Positions 1-8,589 of a stretch of 53,469 nucleotides of DNA are shown piece after piece; position 1 is the stretch's first letter, and each line of letters starts with the position of its first letter. The translations under genes and the position numbers were made by a program. The stretch covers positions 1 through 53,469 of the forward strand of contig DATLDH010000141.1 of the NCBI GenBank assembly GCA_035526015.1. Direction: 5' to 3'. This stretch comes from Acidimicrobiales bacterium (GTDB lineage Bacteria; Actinomycetota; Acidimicrobiia; Acidimicrobiales; DATLDH01). Under the pieces are notes generated by a model. It was not told the DNA's origin. It made no database searches and worked only from the letters and a program-made list of their open reading frames with translations.

Positions 1-314
1 AGGTCGGCCAGATCGCCCTCGCGGAGCTCGACCTTCACGCCCTCGCGCTCCGAGAGTCGTCGCCCGAACGCCAGCTGCTCGGAGGAGAAGTCGACGCCGA
101 TGGCCGTCGCGCCCTGCTTGGCGAACGCGATCGAGCATTGCGCCCCGCCACACCCGAGCTCGAGAACGCGCTTGCCCTTCATGTCACCGAGGAGGCGGAA
201 CTCGGCCTCGGTGGCGATGTCGGGCCCGTAGTGCGCGACGTCGGTGGGGAGCTGGGCCTTGGCCTGGTACCCGGCGGAGTGGCGGTCCCATGCGGCGGCG
301 TTGTCGGTGGGCAT
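1..314 (-). CDS. class I SAM-dependent methyltransferase (N-terminal part; gene runs off window start)
   Basis: Reverse translation from ATG (complement of 312-314) reads MPTDNAAAWDRHSAGYQAKAQLPTDVAHYGPDIATEAEFRLLGDMKGKRVLELGCGGAQCSIAFAKQGATAIGVDFSSEQLAFGRRL... The LELGCGG segment is SAM-binding motif I. It is absent from the ORF track because no stop lies in the window. Confidence 0.75.
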   Translation of the reverse strand, partial: MPTDNAAAWDRHSAGYQAKAQLPTDVAHYGPDIATEAEFRLLGDMKGKRVLELGCGGAQCSIAFAKQGATAIGVDFSSEQLAFGRRLSEREGVKVELREGDLAD

Positions 315-336
315 CGCCCGCAAGCTTGCCCGACGG

Positions 337-1023
337 GTGGGCCACGATGAGGGAGTGCCGCTCCGCCTCGTCACCTTCAACGTCCAGCACGGGCGCACGG
401 CCGACGGCGCCACCGTCGACAACAGGGCGTTGGCCGCATCATGCGCCGGCCTCGGCGCCGACATCCTCGCCGTGCAGGAGGTCGACGTCGGCGTGCGTCG
501 CAGCGGCCGTGCTGATCAGGTCGGCATCATCGCCGATGCCTGCGGGCTGCACGCCGTGTTCGGCCGTGCCACGCGCGTCGGGTTGCGAGGCCGGTACGGC
601 ATCGCGCTGCTGTCGCGCGAGCCGTCGACGGCGACGACCGTGCACCTCCCGCGCGTCGGTCGCAACGAGCCCCGGGTCGCCGTCGTCGCCCGGCTCGGCC
701 CGCTCACCGTCGTCGCGACCCACCTGTCGGTGCGCGCCGAGGAGGTCCCGGCCCAGCTCGACGCCGTTCTGGGGCTCGTGCCGGCGGCCGGCCCCGCCGT
801 CGTGGCGGGTGACCTCAATCTCGGCTCCGACGCCGTCCTGGCCCCGGCCACCGCCGCCGGGTTCGCCCTCGCCGATCCGTCGGCACCCTCGTTCCCCGCC
901 CGCTCGCCGCGGGCACGGATCGACCACGTGCTCGTGCGGGGGCTGCCCGTCGGCCGGGTCGTCGTCGGTCCCCGAGCGCCTGTGAGTGACCATCTGCCCG
1001 TATCGGTCGAGATCGGGACATAG
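337..1023 (+). CDS. endonuclease/exonuclease/phosphatase (EEP) family protein
   Basis: Part of ORF 244..1023. Contains LRLVTFNVQHG, ADILAVQEVD, GDLN and a C-terminal SDHLPV, the typical EEP catalytic motifs. Start is set at in-frame GTG 337 (GTG 355 is also possible), because the upstream part overlaps the divergent methyltransferase. Confidence 0.8.
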   Translation: MGHDEGVPLRLVTFNVQHGRTADGATVDNRALAASCAGLGADILAVQEVDVGVRRSGRADQVGIIADACGLHAVFGRATRVGLRGRYGIALLSREPSTATTVHLPRVGRNEPRVAVVARLGPLTVVATHLSVRAEEVPAQLDAVLGLVPAAGPAVVAGDLNLGSDAVLAPATAAGFALADPSAPSFPARSPRARIDHVLVRGLPVGRVVVGPRAPVSDHLPVSVEIGT

Positions 1024-1105
1024 GCCCCCCGATGTCCGGTCGGGGGCAGGGGTGGGCATACTTGACGGCGAACCTCTCGTCACACCCGACCGGAAACGGA
1101 TCCCC

Positions 1106-1879
1106 ATGAAGCGACTCTTCGCCCTCTTCGCCGCCCTCGTCGCCGCCGCCACCCTCCTCACCGGTCTCGTGCCCACCGGGCGCGCCGTGGCCGGCCCGAT
1201 CTCGCTGATCGACCAGGAGACCGACTGCCTGGAGCTCGTGCCCGAGTCCGTAGGCGTCGCCGGCACCACCGACGACGGCGCCAAGATCGTCGTCTCCGTG
1301 CTCGTCTACCTCGACGGCAGCCTCAAGGAGCGGGACGGCTACAACGTGTTCGCCCCCGCCAACCGGGCCTACAAGCCGCTGAACATCGAGCTGAAGCCGA
1401 CCTACCGCAAGCACGCCTTCAACGGCACCGATGTCTCGGTGATCTTCGACCAGCTCAAGGACCTGGTCGGCGGCAAGCGGCCGAAGGGCTTCGACATCGT
1501 CGTTGCCCTGACCCGCAAGGACATCGAGGCCGCCGGCATCGGTCGGGGCGTGGCCGGGATCGCCGACTGCATCGGTGGCATCCGCTTCGACGACCGCTCG
1601 TTCGCCATCTCCGAGGCCCAGAAGGGCGACATCGGCGGCGTCATCCTCGCCCACGAGCTCGGGCACATCCTGGGCGCCCACCACCACTACGCCAACTGCT
1701 ACGAGGACGGCGACACCAGCGACGGCATCATGGTCGTCACCCCCGTGGGGCCGGCACCGACCGGCGGCCAGAAGAGCTGCACGCTGATGTACCCGAGCGC
1801 GGGCCCGAACAAGCTGCTGTTCGGCACGCTCGAGTCCCTGGCCGTCCGCGGTCACGCCAGCGACTTCGCCCGGCCCTGA
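1106..1879 (+). CDS. secreted zinc metalloprotease, metzincin type (HExxHxxGxxH plus Met-turn)
   Basis: ATG 1106 gives the signal peptide MKRLFALFAALVAAATLLTGLVPTGRAVA. Contains AHELGHILGAHHHYANC and a CTLMY Met-turn. High GC3. Confidence 0.8.
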   Translation: MKRLFALFAALVAAATLLTGLVPTGRAVAGPISLIDQETDCLELVPESVGVAGTTDDGAKIVVSVLVYLDGSLKERDGYNVFAPANRAYKPLNIELKPTYRKHAFNGTDVSVIFDQLKDLVGGKRPKGFDIVVALTRKDIEAAGIGRGVAGIADCIGGIRFDDRSFAISEAQKGDIGGVILAHELGHILGAHHHYANCYEDGDTSDGIMVVTPVGPAPTGGQKSCTLMYPSAGPNKLLFGTLESLAVRGHASDFARP

Positions 1880-1881
1880 CC

Positions 1882-2679
1882 GTGCGCCTCTCGACCCGGC
1901 GGCTGGCCGGGGTGATGGCGGCCGCCGTGGTCGCGGCCGCAGCGGTCTCGCCTCTCGCCCACGGCGCCTCCGCGACCCGGATCGGCGAGCCCGTGGCCGA
2001 GGGGATGCGGCTCGACACCGAGACCGACTGCGACGAGTGGACTCCCGACTCGTTCAGCATCGGGGGGATCACCGATGAGGGCGACAACATCGACCTCGAC
2101 GTCCTCGTGCTCCTCGACGGCGTCGGCGTCGCCGCCGCCACCGAGCTCATGACCAAGGCGGCGAGGTCCTACGCGCCGCTCGACATCACCCTGAAGGCCG
2201 GCTTCCAGTCGGTGTCGTTCGCGGGTAACGACGCCCAGTCCCTGATCAACCAGGCCAAGGCCTACGTGGGAGGGGCACGGCCCGAGACCGTCGACGTCAT
2301 CCACGTCCTGACGGCGAAGCCCATGACCGACCCGAGCACCCCGCCTGGCGCGACGTTGGCCGGGCTGGCCGACTGCATCGGCGGGGTCAAGGACCCCCGC
2401 CACGCCTTCTCGGTCGCGCGGGTCGACTTCGAACCGCCCACCGACGTGGTGCTGCAGCTCGATGTCGACACTGCGGCGCGCGTGACCGCCCACGAGATCG
2501 GCCACCTCTTCGGGGCCCATCACCACTACGCCAACTGCGTCGAGGGCGCCGCCAGCGAGCTGAACGAGCTGTCGCCGTGCACGTTGATGTTCAACGCCAC
2601 GAACTTCGGCTCGGCCAACTTCTCGCAGCTGAACGCGTCCATGGTGCGCGGCCACGCCGTGAACTACGCCACACCCTGA
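1882..2679 (+). CDS. secreted zinc metalloprotease, metzincin type (tandem paralogue of 1106..1879)
   Basis: GTG 1882 lies 2 nt after the previous stop. Signal-like N terminus with AHGASA. Contains AHEIGHLFGAHHHYANC and CTLMF, and shares ETDC, ADCIGG and VRGHA blocks with the upstream gene. Confidence 0.8.
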   Translation: MRLSTRRLAGVMAAAVVAAAAVSPLAHGASATRIGEPVAEGMRLDTETDCDEWTPDSFSIGGITDEGDNIDLDVLVLLDGVGVAAATELMTKAARSYAPLDITLKAGFQSVSFAGNDAQSLINQAKAYVGGARPETVDVIHVLTAKPMTDPSTPPGATLAGLADCIGGVKDPRHAFSVARVDFEPPTDVVLQLDVDTAARVTAHEIGHLFGAHHHYANCVEGAASELNELSPCTLMFNATNFGSANFSQLNASMVRGHAVNYATP

Positions 2680-2696
2680 CCTCGTCGGCTGAACTC

Positions 2697-3248
2697 CTAC
2701 GCCAGCCGCCGGCGTAGCTCCTCGAAGCGACGGGCCCGCGCATCGACGGATCCGACGAGGTGGTCGAGCCAGCCGGTGATCTCCCCCACATCCAGGTCCG
2801 GCGTGGCGACGAGGAGCTGCTCGAGGTCCAGCCAGTCCTTGGGCCGATCGAAGACGACCTTGGCCACGACCAGGTGCTCGGGGGCGAGGATCGGAATCGA
2901 GTCCGGGCCGAACGGAACGACCCGGGCGCCGTCCCGCATGGCGAGATGGACCGCGTCGTAGGCGAAGAACAGGTCGAGCGGGTTGCGCCCCCACCACGCC
3001 CGGCCCTGGCCGTCGCGCGTCATCGTGGGTTCCGCCGGCGCGCGGGTGACCCCGAGTGGCTCGAGCACATCGAGGACGCGGCGGTACTGCTCGGTGCCCA
3101 CGAAGAGGTTCACGTCGATGTCGACGGTGGCTCGTGGCTCGGCGTAGTACGCCAGCGCCAGTGCGCCGCCGTACGCATGCGGGATGGCGGCGCGGTCGAG
3201 CGCCTCGTGCAGGAGCACGACCTTGTCGGCGAGGCCGGGCTCAGCCAC
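2697..3248 (-). CDS. nucleotidyltransferase-fold (pol-beta/MNT-like) protein
   Basis: 183 aa. YGGALALAYYAEPRATVDIDVNLF matches the G[GS]-x(n)-DxD signature of minimal nucleotidyltransferases. GTG start overlaps the upstream gene by 8 nt. Confidence 0.7.
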   Translation of the reverse strand: MAEPGLADKVVLLHEALDRAAIPHAYGGALALAYYAEPRATVDIDVNLFVGTEQYRRVLDVLEPLGVTRAPAEPTMTRDGQGRAWWGRNPLDLFFAYDAVHLAMRDGARVVPFGPDSIPILAPEHLVVAKVVFDRPKDWLDLEQLLVATPDLDVGEITGWLDHLVGSVDARARRFEELRRRLA

Positions 3249-3717
3249 GGCCCGCCAGCGGTGGACAGGTCAGCCGCGACGCTCGCCGCGGGCGGGGGAG
3301 CCGATCGGTCAGGGCGAGGAGATCGCGCAGTGCCGTGCCCCGGTCATCGGGTGTGGCGCCGACCCAGTCCGCGACCGAGTCGCCGGCGTCGAGGGCCACC
3401 TGGTCACAGCCTGCGAGCTCGTCGAGGAGCAGGCGGCGGATCCCGGCACCCGGCGGCCGCCCGGCGCGCAGCTCGGCCAGCAGCCGGCGAGCGGCGTTCT
3501 CTGCTGCCGTCGGCGCCACCGGAGCCCCTGCCCGCCGGGCCGAGGCCCGCACCTCGTCGCGATCGAACGGCCGCGTGGCGATAGCCGCGGCCCGGTCGAG
3601 GATGGCGTCGTCCAACGCCAGGAACGTCGCCAGCGTTCTCGACCGGGGCCCGGTCGCGGTGTGGACCGACTCCCGGATCTCGAAGCGACGCTTCGGCCGC
3701 CTGGCCACGTACGCCAT
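3241..3717 (-). CDS. hypothetical protein, upstream partner of the nucleotidyltransferase-fold gene
   Basis: ORF 3241..3735. I prefer ATG at 3717 (MAYVARRPKRRFEIRESVHTATGPRSRTLATF...). No recognisable domain. Coding-like GC3. The stop overlaps the NTase start (GTGGCTGA). Confidence 0.55.
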   Translation of the reverse strand: MAYVARRPKRRFEIRESVHTATGPRSRTLATFLALDDAILDRAAAIATRPFDRDEVRASARRAGAPVAPTAAENAARRLLAELRAGRPPGAGIRRLLLDELAGCDQVALDAGDSVADWVGATPDDRGTALRDLLALTDRLPRPRRASRLTCPPLAGRG

Positions 3718-3739
3718 AGTGGGTATTCTACCCACTATG
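3715..3739 (-). promoter_or_regulatory. perfect inverted repeat CATAGTGGGTA-N3-TACCCACTATG; candidate operator plus leaderless promoter
   Basis: The 11-bp arms are at 3715-3725 and 3729-3739. On the minus strand it reads CATAGTGGGTAGAATACCCACTATG. A TAGAAT -10-like hexamer (3730-3725) lies 7 nt upstream of the ATG (3717-3715). The tract is AT-rich relative to the surroundings. Confidence 0.5.
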
Positions 3740-3745
3740 GCGGAG

Positions 3746-4720
3746 CTACCGCTGGCGGGCGACGAGCTCCATGTCGCTGTCCACCATCATCCGCACGAGC
3801 TCGGGGAACGTCGTGGTCGCCTCCCACCCGAGCACCGCCTTCGCCTTGCTCGGGTCGCCGACGAGCACGTCCACCTCGGCCGGGCGCATGAAGCGCTCGT
3901 CGCGCGTGACGTGGTCGTTCCAGTCGAGCCCGACGTGGTCGAAGGCCAGCTCGCAGAACTCGCGTACGGCATGGGTCTCACCGGTGGCGATCACATAGTC
4001 CGCCGCCACGTCCTGCTGGAGCATCAACCACATGGCGCGCACGTAGTCGCCGACGAAGCCCCAGTCGCGCTGCGGCGAGAGATCGCCCATGGCGAGGGTG
4101 TCGTCGAGGCCGTGCTTGATCCGAGCCACGCCGTGGCTGATCTTGCGGCTGACGAATTCCAGGCCGCGCCGCGGCCCCTCGTGGTTGAAGAGGATCCCCG
4201 ACGAGCAGTGCATGCCGTAGCTCTCGCGGTAGTTGACCGTGATCCAGTGCCCGTAGGCCTTCGCCACGCCGTAGGGCGAGCGTGGGTAGAACGGCGTCGT
4301 CTCGACCTGCGGCGTCTCGACCACCTTGCCGAACATCTCGCTCGAGCTGGCCTGGTAGAAGCGGATGTCGGGGTCGACCATGCGGATGGCGTCGAGGATG
4401 CGCGTCACCCCCAGCGCCGTCGTCTCGCCGGTGAGGACGGGCTGGTTCCACGACGCCTGCACGAAGGACTGCGCCGCCAGGTTGTAGACCTCGGCCGGGC
4501 GGTGCTCCTGCAGGATCCCCATGATCGAGGTCTCGTCCATCAGGTCGCCCTGCACGAGGGTGACCTGGTCCTGGAAATGGGCGATGCGCTCGAAGTTGAC
4601 CGTGCTGCTGCGCCGCACCATGCCGAGCACCTCGTAGCCCTGGCTCAGCAGGAACTCGGCGAGGTACGAGCCGTCCTGGCCGGTGATGCCCGTGACCAGG
4701 GCGCGACGCGGGCTCGGCAC
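3746..4720 (-). CDS. gmd: GDP-mannose 4,6-dehydratase
   Basis: 324 aa. [19 protein letters not shown] Rossmann motif, YGVAKAY catalytic YxxxK, and full-length resemblance to Gmd. Confidence 0.93.
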   Translation of the reverse strand: MPSPRRALVTGITGQDGSYLAEFLLSQGYEVLGMVRRSSTVNFERIAHFQDQVTLVQGDLMDETSIMGILQEHRPAEVYNLAAQSFVQASWNQPVLTGETTALGVTRILDAIRMVDPDIRFYQASSSEMFGKVVETPQVETTPFYPRSPYGVAKAYGHWITVNYRESYGMHCSSGILFNHEGPRRGLEFVSRKISHGVARIKHGLDDTLAMGDLSPQRDWGFVGDYVRAMWLMLQQDVAADYVIATGETHAVREFCELAFDHVGLDWNDHVTRDERFMRPAEVDVLVGDPSKAKAVLGWEATTTFPELVRMMVDSDMELVARQR

Positions 4721-4724
4721 GGGC

Positions 4725-5801
4725 TCAGACGATAGGCGTCGCGAACTCGGTGACCATGCGGTGGGCGGCCTCGTCGCGGTACTGCACCGGCGGCGACTTC
4801 ATGAAGTAGGCCGACGGGCCGAGCAGCGGGCCGCCGATGCCACGGTCCTTGGCGATCTTGCAGCACCGCAGCGCGTCGATGATGACGCCGGCCGAGTTGG
4901 GCGAGTCCCACACCTCGAGCTTGAGCTCGACGTTCAGGGGGACGTCGCCGAAGTTGCGGCCCTCGAGGCGGATGTAGGCCCACTTGCGGTCGTGCAGCCA
5001 CGGCACGTGGTCCGACGGGCCGATGTGGACGTCGTCGGCGGCGATGCCGTTGTCGATCTGGCTGGTGACCGACTGGGTCTTGGAGATCTTCTTCGACTCC
5101 AAACGCTCGCGCTCGAGCATGTTCTTGAAGTCCATGTTGCCGCCCACGTTGAGCTGGTACGTGTGGTCGAGCACCATGCCGCGATCCTCGAACAGGCGCG
5201 CCAGCAGGCGGTGGACGATGGTGGCGCCGACCTGGCTCTTGATGTCGTCACCCACGATGGGCACACCGGCGTTGCTGAACCTGGCCGCCCACTCGGGGTC
5301 GCTGGCGATGAACACCGGGATGGCGTTGACGAAGCCGACCTTGGCGTCGAGGCAGGCCTGGGCGTAGTGCTTCTGCGCCTCCTCGGAGCCGACCGGGAGG
5401 TAGCTGACGAGCACGTCGGCGCCCGAATCGCGGAGGACCTGCGCGACGTCGACGGGCTCGGCCGGCGACTCCTCGATGGTCTGGCGGTAGTACTTGCCGA
5501 GGCCGTCGAGCGTCGGGCCCCGCAGCACCTGGATGCCGAGCTCGCCGACGGGCGCGAACTTGATCGTGTTGTTCTGACCGGCGAAGACGGCCTTGCCCAG
5601 GTCGAGGCCGACCTTGGCGGCGTCGACGTCGAAAGCGGCGACGAACTCGACGTCACCGACGTGGTAGCCGCCGAGCACCACGTTCATCAGCCCGGGAACG
5701 CTCTCGTCACTCGGCGCGTCGCGGTAGTACTCGATGCCCTGCACCAGCGAGCTGGCGCAGTTGCCGACACCGGCGATGGCGACCTTGATGGCGTTCTTCA
5801 T
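4725..5801 (-). CDS. ino1: myo-inositol-1-phosphate synthase
   Basis: 358 aa. N terminus [26 protein letters not shown] is typical of actinobacterial Ino1. Sits downstream of padR as in mycobacteria. Confidence 0.93.
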   Translation of the reverse strand: MKNAIKVAIAGVGNCASSLVQGIEYYRDAPSDESVPGLMNVVLGGYHVGDVEFVAAFDVDAAKVGLDLGKAVFAGQNNTIKFAPVGELGIQVLRGPTLDGLGKYYRQTIEESPAEPVDVAQVLRDSGADVLVSYLPVGSEEAQKHYAQACLDAKVGFVNAIPVFIASDPEWAARFSNAGVPIVGDDIKSQVGATIVHRLLARLFEDRGMVLDHTYQLNVGGNMDFKNMLERERLESKKISKTQSVTSQIDNGIAADDVHIGPSDHVPWLHDRKWAYIRLEGRNFGDVPLNVELKLEVWDSPNSAGVIIDALRCCKIAKDRGIGGPLLGPSAYFMKSPPVQYRDEAAHRMVTEFATPIV

Positions 5802-5817
5802 TTGGGAGATGTCCTCT

Positions 5818-6429
5818 CTACGGGCGCGCCGAGCTGCGCTCGGCGGCGATCAGTGAATCGAGCCACGAGATGTCGCGCTCGGTCGTCTCGGTTCCGTGCT
5901 CCACGAGGGAGCGGGTGTAGTCGTCGAGGCGGGCGCGACCGGCCCGCACGGTGTCGCGGGTCTTGGCCAGGCGCTCCACCAGGTGGGCCCGCCGCCGCTC
6001 GAGGAGGCCGATGCGCGCCTCGGGTGGGAGGTGGCCGGCGAAGGCCAGGCGCAGGTTGAACGAGCGGTCGTCGTCGGCGCCGGACTGGCCATCGGCCTCC
6101 AGCAGCTCGGCGAACAGCTCGCGGCCGCGATCGGTGATCCCGTAGACCTTCTTGCCCCGGTTGCCGCGCAGGCCGAGGCCGCCCGTCCGCGCCCGGAAGG
6201 CCGCCAGCTCGCCGCCCAGGCTGCCCGTGGAGGGGATGACGGCGGCCGTGGAGGTGGCGGCATCGACGGCCTTGACGGCGCCGGCCGCCTCCAGGCGGGC
6301 CAGGGCGGGATAGAGCGAGCCGAACGAGACGCTGGAGAAGACGCCGAGCGTGTCGCCCAGGCGCTTCTTGAGCTCGTACCCGTGGAGATCGTGTGAGGTG
6401 AGCAGCCCCAGGATGGCCAGTTCCAGCAC
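5818..6429 (-). CDS. PadR family transcriptional regulator
   Basis: Part of ORF 5818..6561. GTG at 6429 gives [24 protein letters not shown]...[14 protein letters not shown], the PadR winged helix. The upstream extension crosses the AT-rich palindromes and is unlikely to be coding. Confidence 0.85.
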   Translation of the reverse strand: MLELAILGLLTSHDLHGYELKKRLGDTLGVFSSVSFGSLYPALARLEAAGAVKAVDAATSTAAVIPSTGSLGGELAAFRARTGGLGLRGNRGKKVYGITDRGRELFAELLEADGQSGADDDRSFNLRLAFAGHLPPEARIGLLERRRAHLVERLAKTRDTVRAGRARLDDYTRSLVEHGTETTERDISWLDSLIAAERSSARP

Positions 6430-6444
6430 GCTGACGACTATAGC

Positions 6445-6467
6445 CGATATATCGATGCGATATATCG
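6445..6467. promoter_or_regulatory. two copies of the palindromic 10-mer CGATATATCG separated by ATG; candidate PadR operator in a divergent promoter region
   Basis: CGATATATCG occurs at 6445-6454 and 6458-6467. Each copy is self-complementary. It is the only strongly AT-rich tract in this neighbourhood and lies between padR (minus) and the DUF5318 gene (plus). Confidence 0.5.
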
Positions 6468-6523
6468 CCACATCACTGGGGGCGGGGCGTCGCAGTGCGA
6501 TTGCCGCTGGGTACGCTTCGCCC

Positions 6524-6928
6524 GTGAGCTTCACGCCGGCGTCGATCAGGGGATCGGGCACCGGCGCGGCCAGCGAGGTCGACTACCGACTCGCACGCTC
6601 CTCGGTCGTGCGGGAGTTCCACAAGGGCCGGCTCTCCAAGCTCGACGTGTGCGACGCCCACCCCGAGCTGCTGCGCGCGGCGCGCAACGTGGCCGAGGCG
6701 ACCCAGCGCCCGTGCCCCATCTGCGAGGCGGCCGACGTCGTGCTCGTGACCTACGCGTTCGGCGCCCGCCTGCCTGCCGGCGGCCGCTGCATCAGCAGCA
6801 AGGCCGAGCTCGACCGGCTCCGCCGTCAGGTCGGCGACCTCGCGTGCTATGTCGTGGAGGTGTGCCCCGAGTGCTCGTGGAACCACCTGGCGCGCTCGTT
6901 CACCGTGAGCCGTCCCACCCGGCGCTGA
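6524..6928 (+). CDS. DUF5318-like conserved actinobacterial protein (Cys4 motif)
   Basis: Part of ORF 6350..6928. Contains VDYRLARSSVVREFHKGRL...CDAHPELLRAA...CPICE...CPEC. Position between padR and the PBP matches the mycobacterial arrangement. The start is uncertain (GTG 6524 chosen; ATG 6455 lies inside the palindromes). Confidence 0.75.
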   Translation: MSFTPASIRGSGTGAASEVDYRLARSSVVREFHKGRLSKLDVCDAHPELLRAARNVAEATQRPCPICEAADVVLVTYAFGARLPAGGRCISSKAELDRLRRQVGDLACYVVEVCPECSWNHLARSFTVSRPTRR

Positions 6929-6999
6929 TCCGCGCGCACCCGGCCGAGGCCGCCGCCCCCGCACTCCGCCTCGCCCTCACCGCCGCCGCATTGTCACTG

Positions 7000-7458
7000 G
7001 TGATGACGTCGTCCGGTGACATCCTCGTGGTCGCCGCGCTGCTCGGGCTGCTGGCTGCCGACGTGTCGGCGTGGGCGGCGGCGACGCTCGCCGGGCTCGC
7101 CGTGCTGGCGCGCTGGGGCACGACGAGCCTGGCCTCGCTCACCGGTGTCCAGACCGTGCTGGGCCCGGCCGCCGTGGTGGGCCCCGCCCGGGGAGCGGCC
7201 AGCGCGTGCCTGGCGGCCGGCGCTCTCGTGCTCGCCGCCCCTCCCGGCCTGCCGGCCGCCGCGTTCGGCGCCACCGCCGGGCTGCTCGTGGCCGGCCAGG
7301 GACCGGCCGCAGGTGCCGGCGCCCTCGGGGTGCGGGCCGGTGCCTGTGTCGCCGGTGTCGCCCTGGCCCTGGGCGCCGCGCGCTGGCTCCCGTCGCGGCT
7401 GGCGCGCTGGGTCGCGGTCGGGCTCGGCGCCGCCGCCCTCGTGTTGGCGGCGACGTGA
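7000..7458 (+). CDS. Ala/Leu-rich integral membrane protein
   Basis: C-terminal part of ORF 6649..7458 from GTG 7000 / ATG 7003 (MTSSGDILVVAALLGLLAADV...). Several hydrophobic spans and high GC3. No family assignment. Confidence 0.5.
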   Translation: MMTSSGDILVVAALLGLLAADVSAWAAATLAGLAVLARWGTTSLASLTGVQTVLGPAAVVGPARGAASACLAAGALVLAAPPGLPAAAFGATAGLLVAGQGPAAGAGALGVRAGACVAGVALALGAARWLPSRLARWVAVGLGAAALVLAAT

Positions 7459-8561
7459 CGGGCTCGCGCTCCTGGGCCCTGCTGGCTGCGCTGCTCGTCG
7501 CCGGGTGGGTCGCGCTGGCGTGCCTGGGTGACACGGCCGTGGGCGACGTGGAGCTCACGGCCGCCGCGGCCGCCGCCGCGGCGGGGTGCGCAGCGCTGGC
7601 CGCCGCGCCGGGACCGGGACGGCGTCGCTACGACCTCCCCGTCTCGGTCGTGGCCCTGGTCGGCCTGCCGCCCGCCGTCGCACTGGCGGCGGCCGACGCC
7701 GACGCCCGGCCGCTCGCCGCCGTGGTGGCCGTCCTGGCCGTCGCCGGCGCGGCGACGGGCGGGCGCGACCTGACCGTACGGTTGCGGGCCGTGGCCGTGG
7801 CGGGAGCGGGCGCCGCGGTGCTGGCCGGCGTGCTCGCGGCCCCGGCCTCCGACGAGTGGCTCCTCGTGCCGCCCGACCGCGGGGCCGCCGCCGGGCTCGT
7901 GCTGGCCGGCCTGCTCCTCGCCCTCGGCAGCCTCGGCCCCGTCGTCTCGGTGCCCGCACTGCGGCCGCTGCTCGGTCCGGCCCTGCTCGTGGCCATGGTG
8001 GGCAGCGTGGCGCTGAAGGACGACGCCGTCGTGGTGGTGATGGCCGCCACCGCGGTCGCCGTCGCCACCGCTCGTCCACCGCTCGGCGTCGCCTTCGTGG
8101 CCGTGGCCGTGGCCTCCCTGCCGGCCGGGCCGCCGACTGCGGCCCTGCTCGCCGCCGCCGCCGTCCTGATGGTGGCCATCGACCGGCCCGCCGGAGGGTT
8201 CCTGGCCCTCCCGGGCGGTGTGGCCCTGGCCCTCGTCGTGGCCCAGCCCGGCCCCTTGGCGGGACGGGTCTCGTTGGTGTTGGCCGCGCTCGTCGTGGCG
8301 GGGGCGGTGGGCCGGTCGGTCCCGTCGCCCACCGCCTGGGGCGCCCGGGCGGGCGGCCCGATAGAGGTGCCGCGGCTGCCCGCCGTCGCCCTGGCCGCCT
8401 GGCTGCTGGTGGCGCCGGGCTCCTGGCGCTGGGCGGGCGACCCGCCGCTCGACGCCTACGACCACGGCGCAGCCAGGGCCGCCGCCGTGATGCTCATCGT
8501 GCTGCTCGCCGCCGCCGTGTGGCCGCAGGTGCGACCCCGTCCGGAGGAACCGGCCGGGTAG
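7455..8561 (+). CDS. polytopic membrane protein
   Basis: Part of ORF 7071..8561. GTG 7455 overlaps the previous stop (GTGA). VTGSRSWALLAALLVAGWVALACLG... is followed by many hydrophobic segments. No family assignment. Confidence 0.55.
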   Translation: MTGSRSWALLAALLVAGWVALACLGDTAVGDVELTAAAAAAAAGCAALAAAPGPGRRRYDLPVSVVALVGLPPAVALAAADADARPLAAVVAVLAVAGAATGGRDLTVRLRAVAVAGAGAAVLAGVLAAPASDEWLLVPPDRGAAAGLVLAGLLLALGSLGPVVSVPALRPLLGPALLVAMVGSVALKDDAVVVVMAATAVAVATARPPLGVAFVAVAVASLPAGPPTAALLAAAAVLMVAIDRPAGGFLALPGGVALALVVAQPGPLAGRVSLVLAALVVAGAVGRSVPSPTAWGARAGGPIEVPRLPAVALAAWLLVAPGSWRWAGDPPLDAYDHGAARAAAVMLIVLLAAAVWPQVRPRPEEPAG

Positions 8562-8589
8562 CCTCGACAGGCCGCAGACGGCGCCCACC

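Noticed and set aside
1078-1104. GTCAC...GGAAAC upstream of the first metzincin gene, considered as a GlnR box
   Set aside because: The spacing between the a-like and b-like sites is 13 nt rather than 6, and there is only one pair. It does not fit the GlnR architecture.
3755-3766. 12-nt identity (GCGGGCGACGAG) with the 3' end of tRNA-Gly (41753-41764), considered as a possible att-type direct repeat
   Set aside because: It lies inside the gmd coding region, 38 kb away across essential core genes. A GC-rich 12-mer match is within chance expectation. No integrase is present.
3056-4735. 559-aa plus-strand ORF spanning the NTase module and gmd
   Set aside because: It is antisense to GDP-mannose dehydratase and to the two-gene module. 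The translation is Arg-rich and has no motifs.
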